The notes below the pieces were generated by a model. That model searched no databases and was not told the origin of the DNA. It was given only the letters and a program-made list of their open reading frames with translations. A DNA stretch of 29,828 nt, from positions 1 through 29,828 of the forward strand of contig SLNX01000186.1 in NCBI GenBank assembly GCA_007132825.1, read 5' to 3'. Source of the DNA: Bacteroidales bacterium. GTDB lineage: Bacteria; Bacteroidota; Bacteroidia; Bacteroidales; UBA7960. A program made the translations under genes and the position numbers. Shown here one piece after another: positions 1-8,497 of this stretch; the first letter of the stretch is position 1, and each line of letters begins with the position of its first letter.

Positions 1-1013
1 AGCTTTTTCCCGGCCGTAAGATTCAATATTTTGTGATAATGAAACGAAACGCCGCCGCCCAGGCGTTTAATTTGCTCTTCCAGCAACTCCTTTTCATATT
101 GGTTTCTGGCCCCTTCATCTCTTTCACGAACCCAATATTTGGGAAACCGTTTCTGGATTTCGCCGGGCAATAAACCTGCAAAAAAGGCATTTCGTGCATA
201 TTGGGTGGCTGTTGGAAGGATTCCGCAATACACCTCTTCATTAACCAGACGATACATCTCCTCAATGCGCGGACGGATCACTTTCCACTGGTCAAAGCGC
301 AGGTTATCTATGATGATCAGAAAGGTTTTATTCTGTTTTTTGATGATGGGAAGGCATTTTTCCCTGAAGAGTGTATGCGATAATACCGGTTTCTTCTCTG
401 TTTGCCCTTTCAGCCAGGGGATATAGTTTTCTTTTACAAAACGTGCAAAAACATTATTGGCCTCACCCTTCTGCATCAAAAAGATGTCCCTCAGACTTTC
501 ATTTTGAGACCGGCTGAGTTCAAGTTCCCAATGCACAAGCTGTTTAAATATCTCTGTCCACTCATCAAAATCCAGCGATACCGATAACCTGCTGCCAATC
601 TCGCGAAACTCACGCTGGTAGGCCATGCTGGTTTTCTCGCTCACCAATTTCCGGTTTTCAAGGTTCTTTTTTACTGCCAGCAATATCTGGTTTGGGTTAA
701 CCGGTTTGATGAGATAGTCGGATATGTTGCTGCCTATCGCATCATTCATAATGGTTTCCTCTTCACTTTTGGTAATCATCACAACAGGCAAAGCAGGAAA
801 CTTGCTTTTGATCCGTTCCAGGGTTTCAACGCCGGTAAGTCCAGGCATGTTTTCATCCAAAAAAACAATATCAAACCGTTCATCTTCAATTAGGTCAAGT
901 GCTTCAGCCCCACTGTTTGTGGTAACGACATCATAACCCTTACCCTGAAGGAATAATATATGTGGCTTTAAAAGATCTATTTCATCATCAGCCCAAAGGA
1001 TCCGCTCATTCAT
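1..1013 (-). CDS. porX: PorX-type response regulator: receiver domain plus PglZ/alkaline-phosphatase-like domain. 3' end runs off the window.
   Basis: Not in the ORF track; I translated it by hand from ATG at 1013: MNERILWADDEIDLLKPHILFL...FLDENMPG...MITKSEE...LIKPVNPNQILL (receiver motifs), then IIDNLRFDQW and ILPTATQYARNAFFAGLLP (PglZ-like). The frame is open to position 1. Confidence 0.93.
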   Translation of the reverse strand, partial: MNERILWADDEIDLLKPHILFLQGKGYDVVTTNSGAEALDLIEDERFDIVFLDENMPGLTGVETLERIKSKFPALPVVMITKSEEETIMNDAIGSNISDYLIKPVNPNQILLAVKKNLENRKLVSEKTSMAYQREFREIGSRLSVSLDFDEWTEIFKQLVHWELELSRSQNESLRDIFLMQKGEANNVFARFVKENYIPWLKGQTEKKPVLSHTLFREKCLPIIKKQNKTFLIIIDNLRFDQWKVIRPRIEEMYRLVNEEVYCGILPTATQYARNAFFAGLLPGEIQKRFPKYWVRERDEGARNQYEKELLEEQIKRLGGGVSFHYHKILNLTAGKK

Positions 1014-1039
1014 ATTTTTTCGTATTTTGCAGATTATAA

Positions 1040-1047
1040 CAAATTTA
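1040..1047 (-). promoter_or_regulatory. Bacteroidota sigma70 -7 box (TAAATTTG) for porX
   Basis: Exact TAnnTTTG match 26 nt upstream of the porX ATG. Confidence 0.6.
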
Positions 1048-1117
1048 ACCAAAAAAGCCTAAGTTATTACAGGCTATTTCCAAAAAAATCTCAAATTTAC
1101 ACCAATCTTTCGCCAAA

Positions 1118-2359
1118 ATGACCGCTCTTTCTTCCAGGAAACTTAAGATATTCAATGATCCGGTGTATGGTTTTATAAACGTACCAGATGCTTCAATATT
1201 TGATATCATAGAAAATCCTTTTTTTCAAAGGCTCCGCAATATTAAGCAACTGGGTTTGACACACCTTGTTTATCCAGGGGCATTGCACACACGGTTTCAT
1301 CATGCAATGGGTGCCATGTACCTTATGGGTCAGGCTGTTGAAATATTGCGCTTTAAGGGGCACGACATAACGGAAGATGAAGCGCTTGCTGCAACAAAAA
1401 CCATATTGCTGCACGATATTGGGCATGGTCCCTTTTCTCACGCATTGGAAAACACACTGGTCGAAGAGCTCTCCCATGAGGAGCTCACCGAATTGTTTAT
1501 GAGAAGGATGAACAAACAATACGATCTGGGTGAGGCCATCCGGATCTTTAAAAACATCCACCCCAAAAAGCCGCTGCATCAGCTGGTTTCCGGTCAGCTT
1601 GACATGGACAGACTTGACTACTTGAACAGAGACAGTTTTTTTACGGGTGTTTCGGAAGGGGTGGTCAGTTGGGACCGAATCATTAAAATGCTCAATATTT
1701 CGGACGATATTCTGGTAATCGACGAAAAAGGGATCTACAGCATTGAAAAATTTATCATAGCACGCAGGCTGATGTATTGGCAGGTTTACCTTCATAAAAC
1801 CGTCATCACGGCCGAACGGATGTTGATCAGTACCTTGCGGCGCGCAAAAGAACTTGCTCTGGCAGGTGAGCAGCTCTTTTCAACCGAACCGTTAAAAAGA
1901 TTCCTGTATAAAAAATATGACCGCAACGATTTTGTTCAAGACCCAACACTTCTTGAGGATTTCGCGCTGCTCGACGACCATGATATTTTCGCATCCTTAA
2001 AAAGTTGGGTTAAGCACAAAGATCCTGTTTTGAGATGGCTTTCACACGGCCTTGTAAACAGAAAGCTTTTCCGCATTGAGATGCAGAAGGCACCATTTTC
2101 AAAAGATTATTTGCATGAAATCCGGCAGGCAACCAAAAAAAAGTACCAGCTTAATAATGAAAACGAAGTGGATTATTTTGTAATTGGCGGAATGACGCGC
2201 AACAATGCCTATGATCCCGGGGCAGGAGGCATCCTCGTATTAACAAGGGAAGGGGAGCTCGTTGACATCGCTCATGCTAGCGATCAGCTGAATATCAATG
2301 TTTTATCTCATCCGGTCGAAAAGCATTTTTTGTGCTATCCCAAATCAATCCGGGAATAA
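1118..2359 (+). CDS. HD-domain phosphohydrolase (dNTP triphosphohydrolase/SAMHD1-like family)
   Basis: Motifs FQRLRNIKQLG, HTRFHHAMG, LLHDIGHGPFSHALE, DMDRLDYL and MYWQVYLHKT. Confidence 0.92.
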   Translation: MTALSSRKLKIFNDPVYGFINVPDASIFDIIENPFFQRLRNIKQLGLTHLVYPGALHTRFHHAMGAMYLMGQAVEILRFKGHDITEDEALAATKTILLHDIGHGPFSHALENTLVEELSHEELTELFMRRMNKQYDLGEAIRIFKNIHPKKPLHQLVSGQLDMDRLDYLNRDSFFTGVSEGVVSWDRIIKMLNISDDILVIDEKGIYSIEKFIIARRLMYWQVYLHKTVITAERMLISTLRRAKELALAGEQLFSTEPLKRFLYKKYDRNDFVQDPTLLEDFALLDDHDIFASLKSWVKHKDPVLRWLSHGLVNRKLFRIEMQKAPFSKDYLHEIRQATKKKYQLNNENEVDYFVIGGMTRNNAYDPGAGGILVLTREGELVDIAHASDQLNINVLSHPVEKHFLCYPKSIRE

Positions 2360-2406
2360 GCAACACCCTGACCAACATATAATTGTTATACATATAGGCA
2401 ATTCTT

Positions 2407-2438
2407 TTTGGCTACTATCCCAAATATTGGTAACTTGC
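2407..2438 (+). promoter_or_regulatory. Possible internal promoter for the lpx genes (TTTG-N20-TAACTTGC)
   Basis: TTTG at 2407-2410 at near-canonical spacing from a variant -7 box at 2431-2438, 29 nt before the lpxD ATG. The -7 box deviates from consensus. Confidence 0.4.
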
Positions 2439-2467
2439 GGCCGCATTTAACCCAAGTAATTATTTGG

Positions 2468-3499
2468 ATGGAATATTCAGCAAGAGAAATTGCCGATTTC
2501 CTGCAAGGAAAAATTGAAGGAGATCAGGATGTTAAGGTAACTCAAATATCAAAAATCGAAGAAGCATCCGCCGGTACAATGACTTTTCTGGCCAATCCGG
2601 CTTACACCCCATTTGTTTACAAGACCGGTGCTTCGATCGTGCTTGTTCAGGATGATTTTGTGCCGGAACAGGAGATAAGGGCAACCCTGATTAGGGTTCA
2701 GGATCCCTATGGCGCACTGGCCAAACTTCTGGAGCTTTATCAGAAAAGCCTGCCCAAAAAGGAAGGAGTGTCAGACCTGGCCTTCATTTCTCATAATGCA
2801 GAAGTGCACGAAAGTGCTTATATCGGTGCTTTCGCATACATTGGCAATAATGTTAAACTGGGGAAAAATGTAAAAATTTATCCCCATTGTTTTATAGATG
2901 ACTTTGTTACGATCGCCGACAATACCATTCTCTATAGCGGAGTGAAGGTTTACAACAGTTGCCGGATCGGTTCCGATTGCACCATTCACGCAAATGCAGT
3001 TATCGGAGCCGACGGTTTTGGTTTTGCACCTCAAACCGATAACAACTACAAGAAGGTTGCGCAGATCGGTAACGTGGTGATCGAAGACCTGGTGGAAATA
3101 GGTGCCGGAACAACGATCGACCGTGCCACCATGGGTTCAACCACCATCAAAAAGGGTGTAAAACTTGACAACCTGATACAGATCGGACATAATGCCGTAA
3201 TCGGAGAAAACACAGTAATGGCAGCACAGGCGGGCGTAGCCGGTTCTTCCAAGATTGGCAAAAATTGCATGATAGGTGGACAGGCAGGCATCAGTGGCCA
3301 TCTTACAATTGGCGATGATGTTAAAATGGCGGCTCAGGCAGGAGTTCCATCAAGCATCAAAGATGGGCAGATAATCATGGGGTCTCCTGCAATGGAAGCA
3401 TCACAATACAGGAAAGCCTTCATCTACTTCAGAAATTTTGAAAAGCTTGTGAAGCGCATTGATGAATTGGAAAAAGAGATCAGAAAACAGAAGGAATAA
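2468..3499 (+). CDS. lpxD: UDP-3-O-acyl-glucosamine N-acyltransferase LpxD (343 aa)
   Basis: N-terminal uridine-binding domain (MEYSAREIA...FLANPAY), hexapeptide repeats, IGADGFGF and IDRAT...[11 protein letters not shown]. Start moved from the track's TTG at 2408 to ATG 2468. Confidence 0.95.
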   Translation: MEYSAREIADFLQGKIEGDQDVKVTQISKIEEASAGTMTFLANPAYTPFVYKTGASIVLVQDDFVPEQEIRATLIRVQDPYGALAKLLELYQKSLPKKEGVSDLAFISHNAEVHESAYIGAFAYIGNNVKLGKNVKIYPHCFIDDFVTIADNTILYSGVKVYNSCRIGSDCTIHANAVIGADGFGFAPQTDNNYKKVAQIGNVVIEDLVEIGAGTTIDRATMGSTTIKKGVKLDNLIQIGHNAVIGENTVMAAQAGVAGSSKIGKNCMIGGQAGISGHLTIGDDVKMAAQAGVPSSIKDGQIIMGSPAMEASQYRKAFIYFRNFEKLVKRIDELEKEIRKQKE

Positions 3500-3513
3500 G
3501 TTAACAGAATGAC

Positions 3514-4905
3514 ATGATTGAAAAACAAAAGACAATAAAAAACCCGGTTTCCATATCAGGAGTTGGACTGCACACCGGAAAGCAGGTAAATTTAACCATA
3601 AAGCCTGCAGCCATTGACAGCGGAATCCGTTTCTTGCGCACCGACATGGGTGAAGAAGCCTGGTTGGAAGCAGATGCCAATTTCGTGGTTGATACATCAA
3701 GAGGAACGACTCTTGAAAATAACGGGGTGCGTGTTGCAACAGTTGAACATGTGCTGGCAGCAATTACTGGAATGGGAATTGACAATGCCATAATTGAGGT
3801 GGACTGTGCCGAAACTCCTATTCTCGATGGCAGCAGCCGCTTTTACACTGAAGCCATCCAAAAGAGCGGTGTTCAGGATCAGGAAGCAATTAAAGACTAT
3901 TTTGAGGTCAGGACTCCCATCCGCTTGTACCATGAGGAGAAAGATTGTGAAATCATTGCTGTGCCAAGCGACCAATATCGGATTACATGCCTTATCGATT
4001 ACAAATCCAAAGTGCTGGGGCATCAGCATGCAACCATGAATCACATCAGCGAATTCAAAGATGAAATAAGCAGTTGCCGCACCTTTGTCTTCCTGCACGA
4101 ACTCGAGTTTTTGCTTGCTCAAAACCTCATTAAGGGGGGAGATTTGAGCAATGCGATCGTGTTTGTTGACCGTCCTGTTACACAAAAAGAGCTTGACCGT
4201 TTGGCAGAAGTCCTTAATAAACCCAGTGTGGACGTTAGACAGGAAGGAATTCTGAACAACCTTGAGCTTAGCTTCCCGAACGAACCTGCCAGGCACAAGC
4301 TTCTTGACATCGTAGGTGATCTGAGTCTGGCAGGAAAGCCCATCAAGGGTCATATCATTGCAACCAAGCCTGGGCACGCATCAAATGTGCTTTTTGCAAA
4401 ATTGCTCAAAAAACACATCAAAGCGCGTACAGAAGAGGAACAAATCCCGCTTTACGACCCCAATACGCCTCCGGTTTATGACATCAACGACATCAAGAGG
4501 ATGCTACCCCATCGTCCGCCCTTCCTTTTGGTGGATAAAATCATCGACATGACTGATTCATCGGTTACAGCCATCAAAAATGTATCGATGAATGAGCCGT
4601 TCTTTGTAGGGCATTTCCCAAAAGAGCCTGTAATGCCAGGAGTACTGCAGATTGAAGCCATGGCCCAGGCCGGAGGCATCCTGGTTTTATCAACAGTGGA
4701 TGACCCGGAGAATTACAACACCTATTTTCTGAAAATTGACAACGTTCGTTTCAAACAGAAAGTGGTGCCTGGCGACACAATGGTCTTTAAAATGAACCTG
4801 ATGGCACCGGTTAGAAGAGGAATCTGTCACATGCGTGGTGTGGCATATGTGGGGAGAAAAGTCGTAATGGAGGCCGAAATGATGGCGCAAATTGCAAAAA
4901 AATAA
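3514..4905 (+). CDS. lpxC: Bifunctional LpxC deacetylase / FabZ dehydratase
   Basis: LpxC motifs GVGLHTG, TVEHVL and RHKLLDIVGDL are fused to FabZ motifs LPHRPPFLLVDKI and GHFPKEPVMPGVLQIEAMAQ. The fusion is typical of Bacteroidota. Confidence 0.97.
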   Translation: MIEKQKTIKNPVSISGVGLHTGKQVNLTIKPAAIDSGIRFLRTDMGEEAWLEADANFVVDTSRGTTLENNGVRVATVEHVLAAITGMGIDNAIIEVDCAETPILDGSSRFYTEAIQKSGVQDQEAIKDYFEVRTPIRLYHEEKDCEIIAVPSDQYRITCLIDYKSKVLGHQHATMNHISEFKDEISSCRTFVFLHELEFLLAQNLIKGGDLSNAIVFVDRPVTQKELDRLAEVLNKPSVDVRQEGILNNLELSFPNEPARHKLLDIVGDLSLAGKPIKGHIIATKPGHASNVLFAKLLKKHIKARTEEEQIPLYDPNTPPVYDINDIKRMLPHRPPFLLVDKIIDMTDSSVTAIKNVSMNEPFFVGHFPKEPVMPGVLQIEAMAQAGGILVLSTVDDPENYNTYFLKIDNVRFKQKVVPGDTMVFKMNLMAPVRRGICHMRGVAYVGRKVVMEAEMMAQIAKK

Positions 4906-4917
4906 TTACAAACTGAA

Positions 4918-5706
4918 ATGAACCAACCTTTAGCATACGTACATCCGCAAGCAAAGATTGCTGCGAACGTAGTCATAGAACCATTTGCAACCATCCACAA
5001 AAACGTGGAAATTGGGGAAGGGAGCTGGATTGGCTCAAACGTTACCATAATGGAAGGTGCCAGAATTGGTAAAAACTGCCGTGTATTTCCCGGAGCAGTT
5101 ATCTCTGCCATTCCCCAGGATCTGAAATTTGACGGTGAAGAAACTGTTGTTGAGATTGGTGACAACACAACTATCCGTGAATTCGTTACCATAAACAGAG
5201 GTACAAAAGCAAGTAATAAGACGGTCATTGGCAACAATTGCCTTTTGATGGCCTATGTTCATGTAGCGCACGACTGCTACATTGGCAACTATTGCATACT
5301 GGCCAATGCCGCAAACCTTGCCGGACACATCGTAATAGACGACTTTGCCATTTTGGGTGGCTTATCCGCCGTTCACCAGTTTGTCAACATCGGACAACAT
5401 GTTATGATCTCTGGTGGGTCATTGGTAAGAAAGGATGTGCCACCATATACCAAAGCAGCGCGCGATCCCCTGTCATTTGTTGGAATCAACTCGATTGGCC
5501 TTCGAAGAAGAGGTTTCAGCGCTGAAAAGATCAATGAAATTCAGGACATCTACCGTGTCATCTACCTGAAAAACATGAATGTAAGCCATGCACTTACATA
5601 TGTTGAAACCGAAATGCCTGCCACTCCGGAGAGAGATGAGATACTGAGCTTCATTAACAAGTCAAGCAGGGGGATTATGAAGGGATATGCTTATAAAGAA
5701 AGATAA
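4918..5706 (+). CDS. lpxA: Acyl-ACP--UDP-N-acetylglucosamine O-acyltransferase LpxA
   Basis: Hexapeptide repeats, PQDLKF, IREFVTINRGT, YVHVAHDC and LSAVHQF. Confidence 0.97.
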   Translation: MNQPLAYVHPQAKIAANVVIEPFATIHKNVEIGEGSWIGSNVTIMEGARIGKNCRVFPGAVISAIPQDLKFDGEETVVEIGDNTTIREFVTINRGTKASNKTVIGNNCLLMAYVHVAHDCYIGNYCILANAANLAGHIVIDDFAILGGLSAVHQFVNIGQHVMISGGSLVRKDVPPYTKAARDPLSFVGINSIGLRRRGFSAEKINEIQDIYRVIYLKNMNVSHALTYVETEMPATPERDEILSFINKSSRGIMKGYAYKER

Positions 5707-5717
5707 AAACATCCCCG

Positions 5718-6329
5718 ATGGTGAACCTCCTGGTTAATGATTGTGGAAAAAAGTATCGCGGAAAGTGGGTTTTCAGAAATCTTAACTTCACCATTGAAAC
5801 AGAACAGCATTTCGCTGTTACAGGTAAAAATGGCAGCGGGAAATCCACCTTGTTAAAAATCCTGGCAGGATACACCAAACCCAGTAAAGGAACTGTTCAA
5901 TGGTCTCTATACCAATCTACACTTCCTGCTGACAAACTGTTTGAGCAGGTTTATGTCGTTGCCCCCTATCTTGAAACCATAGAGGAGTTTACATTATCCG
6001 ATCTGATCCGTTTTCAGCAAAAGTTCAAACCTTTTAAAGACTCCCTCTCCCTATCAAAAGTTGTGGAAGTTGCCGGGCTGACAGAAAACAAAAACAAACC
6101 GCTTCAGTTTTTTTCCTCCGGCATGAAACAAAGAGCCATGCTCACCTTGGCCATGCTTAGCAGTGCCCGGCTGGTGCTACTCGACGAACCCTGCGCCAAT
6201 CTTGACAAAGATGCACGTTTATGGTATGCTGATCTTCTGGATTGTTATGGAAAGGAAAAAACGGTTGTAATTGCCTCCAACCACAACGAAGAGGAATATC
6301 CGGAAGTTGACGGGATCATTTCCCTTTAA
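5718..6329 (+). CDS. Stand-alone ABC ATPase (203 aa, CcmA-sized)
   Basis: Walker A GKNGSGKS, signature FSSGMKQR, Walker B LLDEP. No membrane domain. Confidence 0.88.
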   Translation: MVNLLVNDCGKKYRGKWVFRNLNFTIETEQHFAVTGKNGSGKSTLLKILAGYTKPSKGTVQWSLYQSTLPADKLFEQVYVVAPYLETIEEFTLSDLIRFQQKFKPFKDSLSLSKVVEVAGLTENKNKPLQFFSSGMKQRAMLTLAMLSSARLVLLDEPCANLDKDARLWYADLLDCYGKEKTVVIASNHNEEEYPEVDGIISL

Positions 6330-6345
6330 GGAAAAGACTGTTTTG

Positions 6346-6380
6346 TGGTTGATTTGATGAATGGTTGATTGGTTGATTTG
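6346..6380 (+). repeat. Imperfect short tandem repeat (TGGTTGATT x3)
   Basis: TGGTTGATT at 6346-6354, 6362-6370 and 6370-6378. Confidence 0.6.
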
Positions 6381-6393
6381 AAAAAAAATCCCG

Positions 6394-6401
6394 TATCTTT
6401 G
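6394..6401 (+). promoter_or_regulatory. -7 box TATCTTTG for efp
   Basis: Exact TAnnTTTG match 32 nt upstream of the efp ATG. Confidence 0.7.
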
Positions 6402-6433
6402 TGCGAAATTTTTTAATCTATCTATCAGAAATT

Positions 6434-6997
6434 ATGGCAACAACAGCAGATTTTCGCAACGGGCTTTGTTTGGAAATAAACAATGAATTATTTACCATCG
6501 TAGAATTTCAGCATGTAAAACCCGGCAAGGGTGGTGCATTTGTTCGCACGAAACTTAAAAACCTGAAAACCGGGAAGGTGCTTGCAAATACATTTAATGC
6601 CGGAGTAAAGGTAAACGTCGCGCGGGTTGAAAGACGACCTTACCAGTTTCTTTACAAGGATGACATGGGTTACCACTTCATGCATTCCGATACTTTTGAA
6701 CAGGTCAGCATTGAAGAACATATCATCAATGCACCCGAGTTACTGAAAGAGGGACAGGAGGTTGACATCGTTTACCATGCTGATACCGAAACACCACTGA
6801 GTTGTGATCTTCCCGCATTCGTTGAACTTGAGGTAACCTATACCGAACCCGGCGTAAAAGGCGACACTGCTACAAACACCTTAAAGGCTGCCACGGTTGA
6901 AACAGGAGCCACTGTGAACGTGCCCCTCTTCATTGAAACCGGTGAAAAGATCAAAGTTGATACACGCTCAAAAGAATATTCTGAAAGAGTAAAATAA
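6434..6997 (+). CDS. efp: Elongation factor P (187 aa)
   Basis: [18 protein letters not shown] loop, PGVKGDTA and [16 protein letters not shown]. The track's GTG start at 6401 overlaps the promoter, so I used ATG 6434. Confidence 0.97.
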   Translation: MATTADFRNGLCLEINNELFTIVEFQHVKPGKGGAFVRTKLKNLKTGKVLANTFNAGVKVNVARVERRPYQFLYKDDMGYHFMHSDTFEQVSIEEHIINAPELLKEGQEVDIVYHADTETPLSCDLPAFVELEVTYTEPGVKGDTATNTLKAATVETGATVNVPLFIETGEKIKVDTRSKEYSERVK

Positions 6998-7006
6998 ATC
7001 ATACGG

Positions 7007-7939
7007 ATGCAGTTAAACCCTCCGCACACCTTAAAGGAAATAGCAAGCTTTATTCAGGCCGACTTCGCGGGAGAACCCAATTTTATCATCAGTGGCATCA
7101 ATGAGATCCATCGTGTAGTAAAGGGAGACCTCACCTTTGTAGATCATCCCAAATATTATCAGAAGGCCCTCAACTCGGCAGCCACTACCATCATTATCAA
7201 TCAAAAAACAGAGGTTCCTGAAGGTAAAGCACTAATCTTTTCCGAAGATCCCTTTCGCGATTTTGTTGCCCTGATTAAGAAGTTTAAACCTTTTGAGACC
7301 GCTTCGGGCATGATCAGTCCGACTGCTATTATTGGCGCCGGCACCCATATTCAGCCGGGTGTGTTTATCGGCAACCATGTCAAAATCGGCAGCAACTGCC
7401 TGATTCATTCGAATGTAACTATTTATGATTATTGCGAAATTGGTGACAATGTGATCATCCACAGTGGCACGGTGATCGGAGCTGACGCCTTTTACTTCAA
7501 ACGCAGGCCCGATTATTACGATAAGCTGCACTCCTGCGGCAGGGTGATCATCGAAGACAATGTGGAGATCGGGGCCAATGTAACGATCGACAAAGGTGTT
7601 TCCAACGATACAACCATCGGCGCCGGCAGCAAGTTGGACAACCTGATTCAGATCGGACACGACACCATCATTGGCAAAAATTGCCTGTTTGCTGCACAGG
7701 TGGGTGTTGCAGGTTGTGTTACCATTGGCGACAACGTCATCCTCTGGGGACAGGTTGGCGTTCAGAAAGACCTTGAAATCGGCAACAATGCCGTTGTTCT
7801 CGGACAATCGGGCATCGCCAAATCGCTTAAGGGGAACACGACCTATTTCGGCTCGCCTGTTTTGGAGGCACGGGCGAAAATGAAAGAACTGGCCATGATG
7901 AAAAAACTGCCGGATTTGATAGAAAAGCTGGAAGGTTAG
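7007..7939 (+). CDS. Second LpxD-family N-acyltransferase (310 aa)
   Basis: LpxD N-terminal domain (TLKEIA...LTFVDHPKY), hexapeptide repeats, IGADAFYF and [11 protein letters not shown] with the catalytic His retained. Confidence 0.88.
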   Translation: MQLNPPHTLKEIASFIQADFAGEPNFIISGINEIHRVVKGDLTFVDHPKYYQKALNSAATTIIINQKTEVPEGKALIFSEDPFRDFVALIKKFKPFETASGMISPTAIIGAGTHIQPGVFIGNHVKIGSNCLIHSNVTIYDYCEIGDNVIIHSGTVIGADAFYFKRRPDYYDKLHSCGRVIIEDNVEIGANVTIDKGVSNDTTIGAGSKLDNLIQIGHDTIIGKNCLFAAQVGVAGCVTIGDNVILWGQVGVQKDLEIGNNAVVLGQSGIAKSLKGNTTYFGSPVLEARAKMKELAMMKKLPDLIEKLEG

Positions 7940-8341
7940 TTAGTCAAACTGATACTCGGTCTGGCCAATCTCGTCCGGTTTGTATTTAGACGGACATTTG
8001 AGCAACAGGCTGTTTGCAACAAACTGTCCCGAATCATAATTTCCGATCAGGACCACTTCGTCCGACTGCTCAAAATCCTGGGGTTTGGCTCCAAAGTAGA
8101 TCACCTCCGACTCCTCCCCGGAAGCATCAAACATGTGAAAACGCAGGATCAGGGTGTTGTCTTCTACGGTTTCGTTAATTGGCCTGCCCCGGTTTAATTC
8201 TCCAATGATGTGAAACTGTCTGCCCGGATGTTCGCGTGCCTCGGCAAAGGTTACATAGGTGTCCGCATTGTACAGTGTACTAATGATTGCTCCAATGGCT
8301 ATCACTATGAAAACAAGCGCAATTACGTGTGTCCGTTTCAT
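7940..8341 (-). CDS. ccmE: Haem chaperone CcmE, CxxxY variant
   Basis: N-terminal TM anchor, OB-fold-like core (YVTFAEA, YFGAKPQDF, VVLIG) and LLKCPSKY at the position of LAKHDENY. Follows ccmB-C-D. Confidence 0.88.
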   Translation of the reverse strand: MKRTHVIALVFIVIAIGAIISTLYNADTYVTFAEAREHPGRQFHIIGELNRGRPINETVEDNTLILRFHMFDASGEESEVIYFGAKPQDFEQSDEVVLIGNYDSGQFVANSLLLKCPSKYKPDEIGQTEYQFD

Positions 8342-8493
8342 TTTTTCTTCTGTTCGTTTTGCTTTTTCTCAAGGTGCTTAAGTTTTTTTTCTGATGCAGA
8401 CAGGCGTCGTTCCAGGTAAACCAGGAAAACAGCGATCCCCAAAAAGATCACCAGCAAAAGCAATACAACAACCATTATTTTTTCTCCAGCCAT
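8338..8493 (-). CDS. ccmD: CcmD-family small membrane protein (51 aa)
   Basis: Not in the ORF track. Hand translation: MAGEKIMVVVLLLLVIFLGIAVFLVYLERRLSASEKKLKHLEKKQNEQKKK. One TM helix plus a charged tail, located between ccmC and ccmE, with an ATGA overlap with ccmE. Confidence 0.82.
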   Translation of the reverse strand: MAGEKIMVVVLLLLVIFLGIAVFLVYLERRLSASEKKLKHLEKKQNEQKKK

Positions 8494-8497
8494 AGGG

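Noticed and set aside
23-265. Possible frameshift in porX suggested by the 80-aa minus-strand ORF
   Set aside because: Careful translation shows the porX frame stays open (...KYWVRERDEGARNQYEKELLEEQIKRLGG...). The 80-aa ORF is an alternative frame.
1-1013. PglZ domain as a sign of a BREX defence system
   Set aside because: It is fused to a receiver domain (PorX architecture), and no brx/pglX genes are visible in the window.
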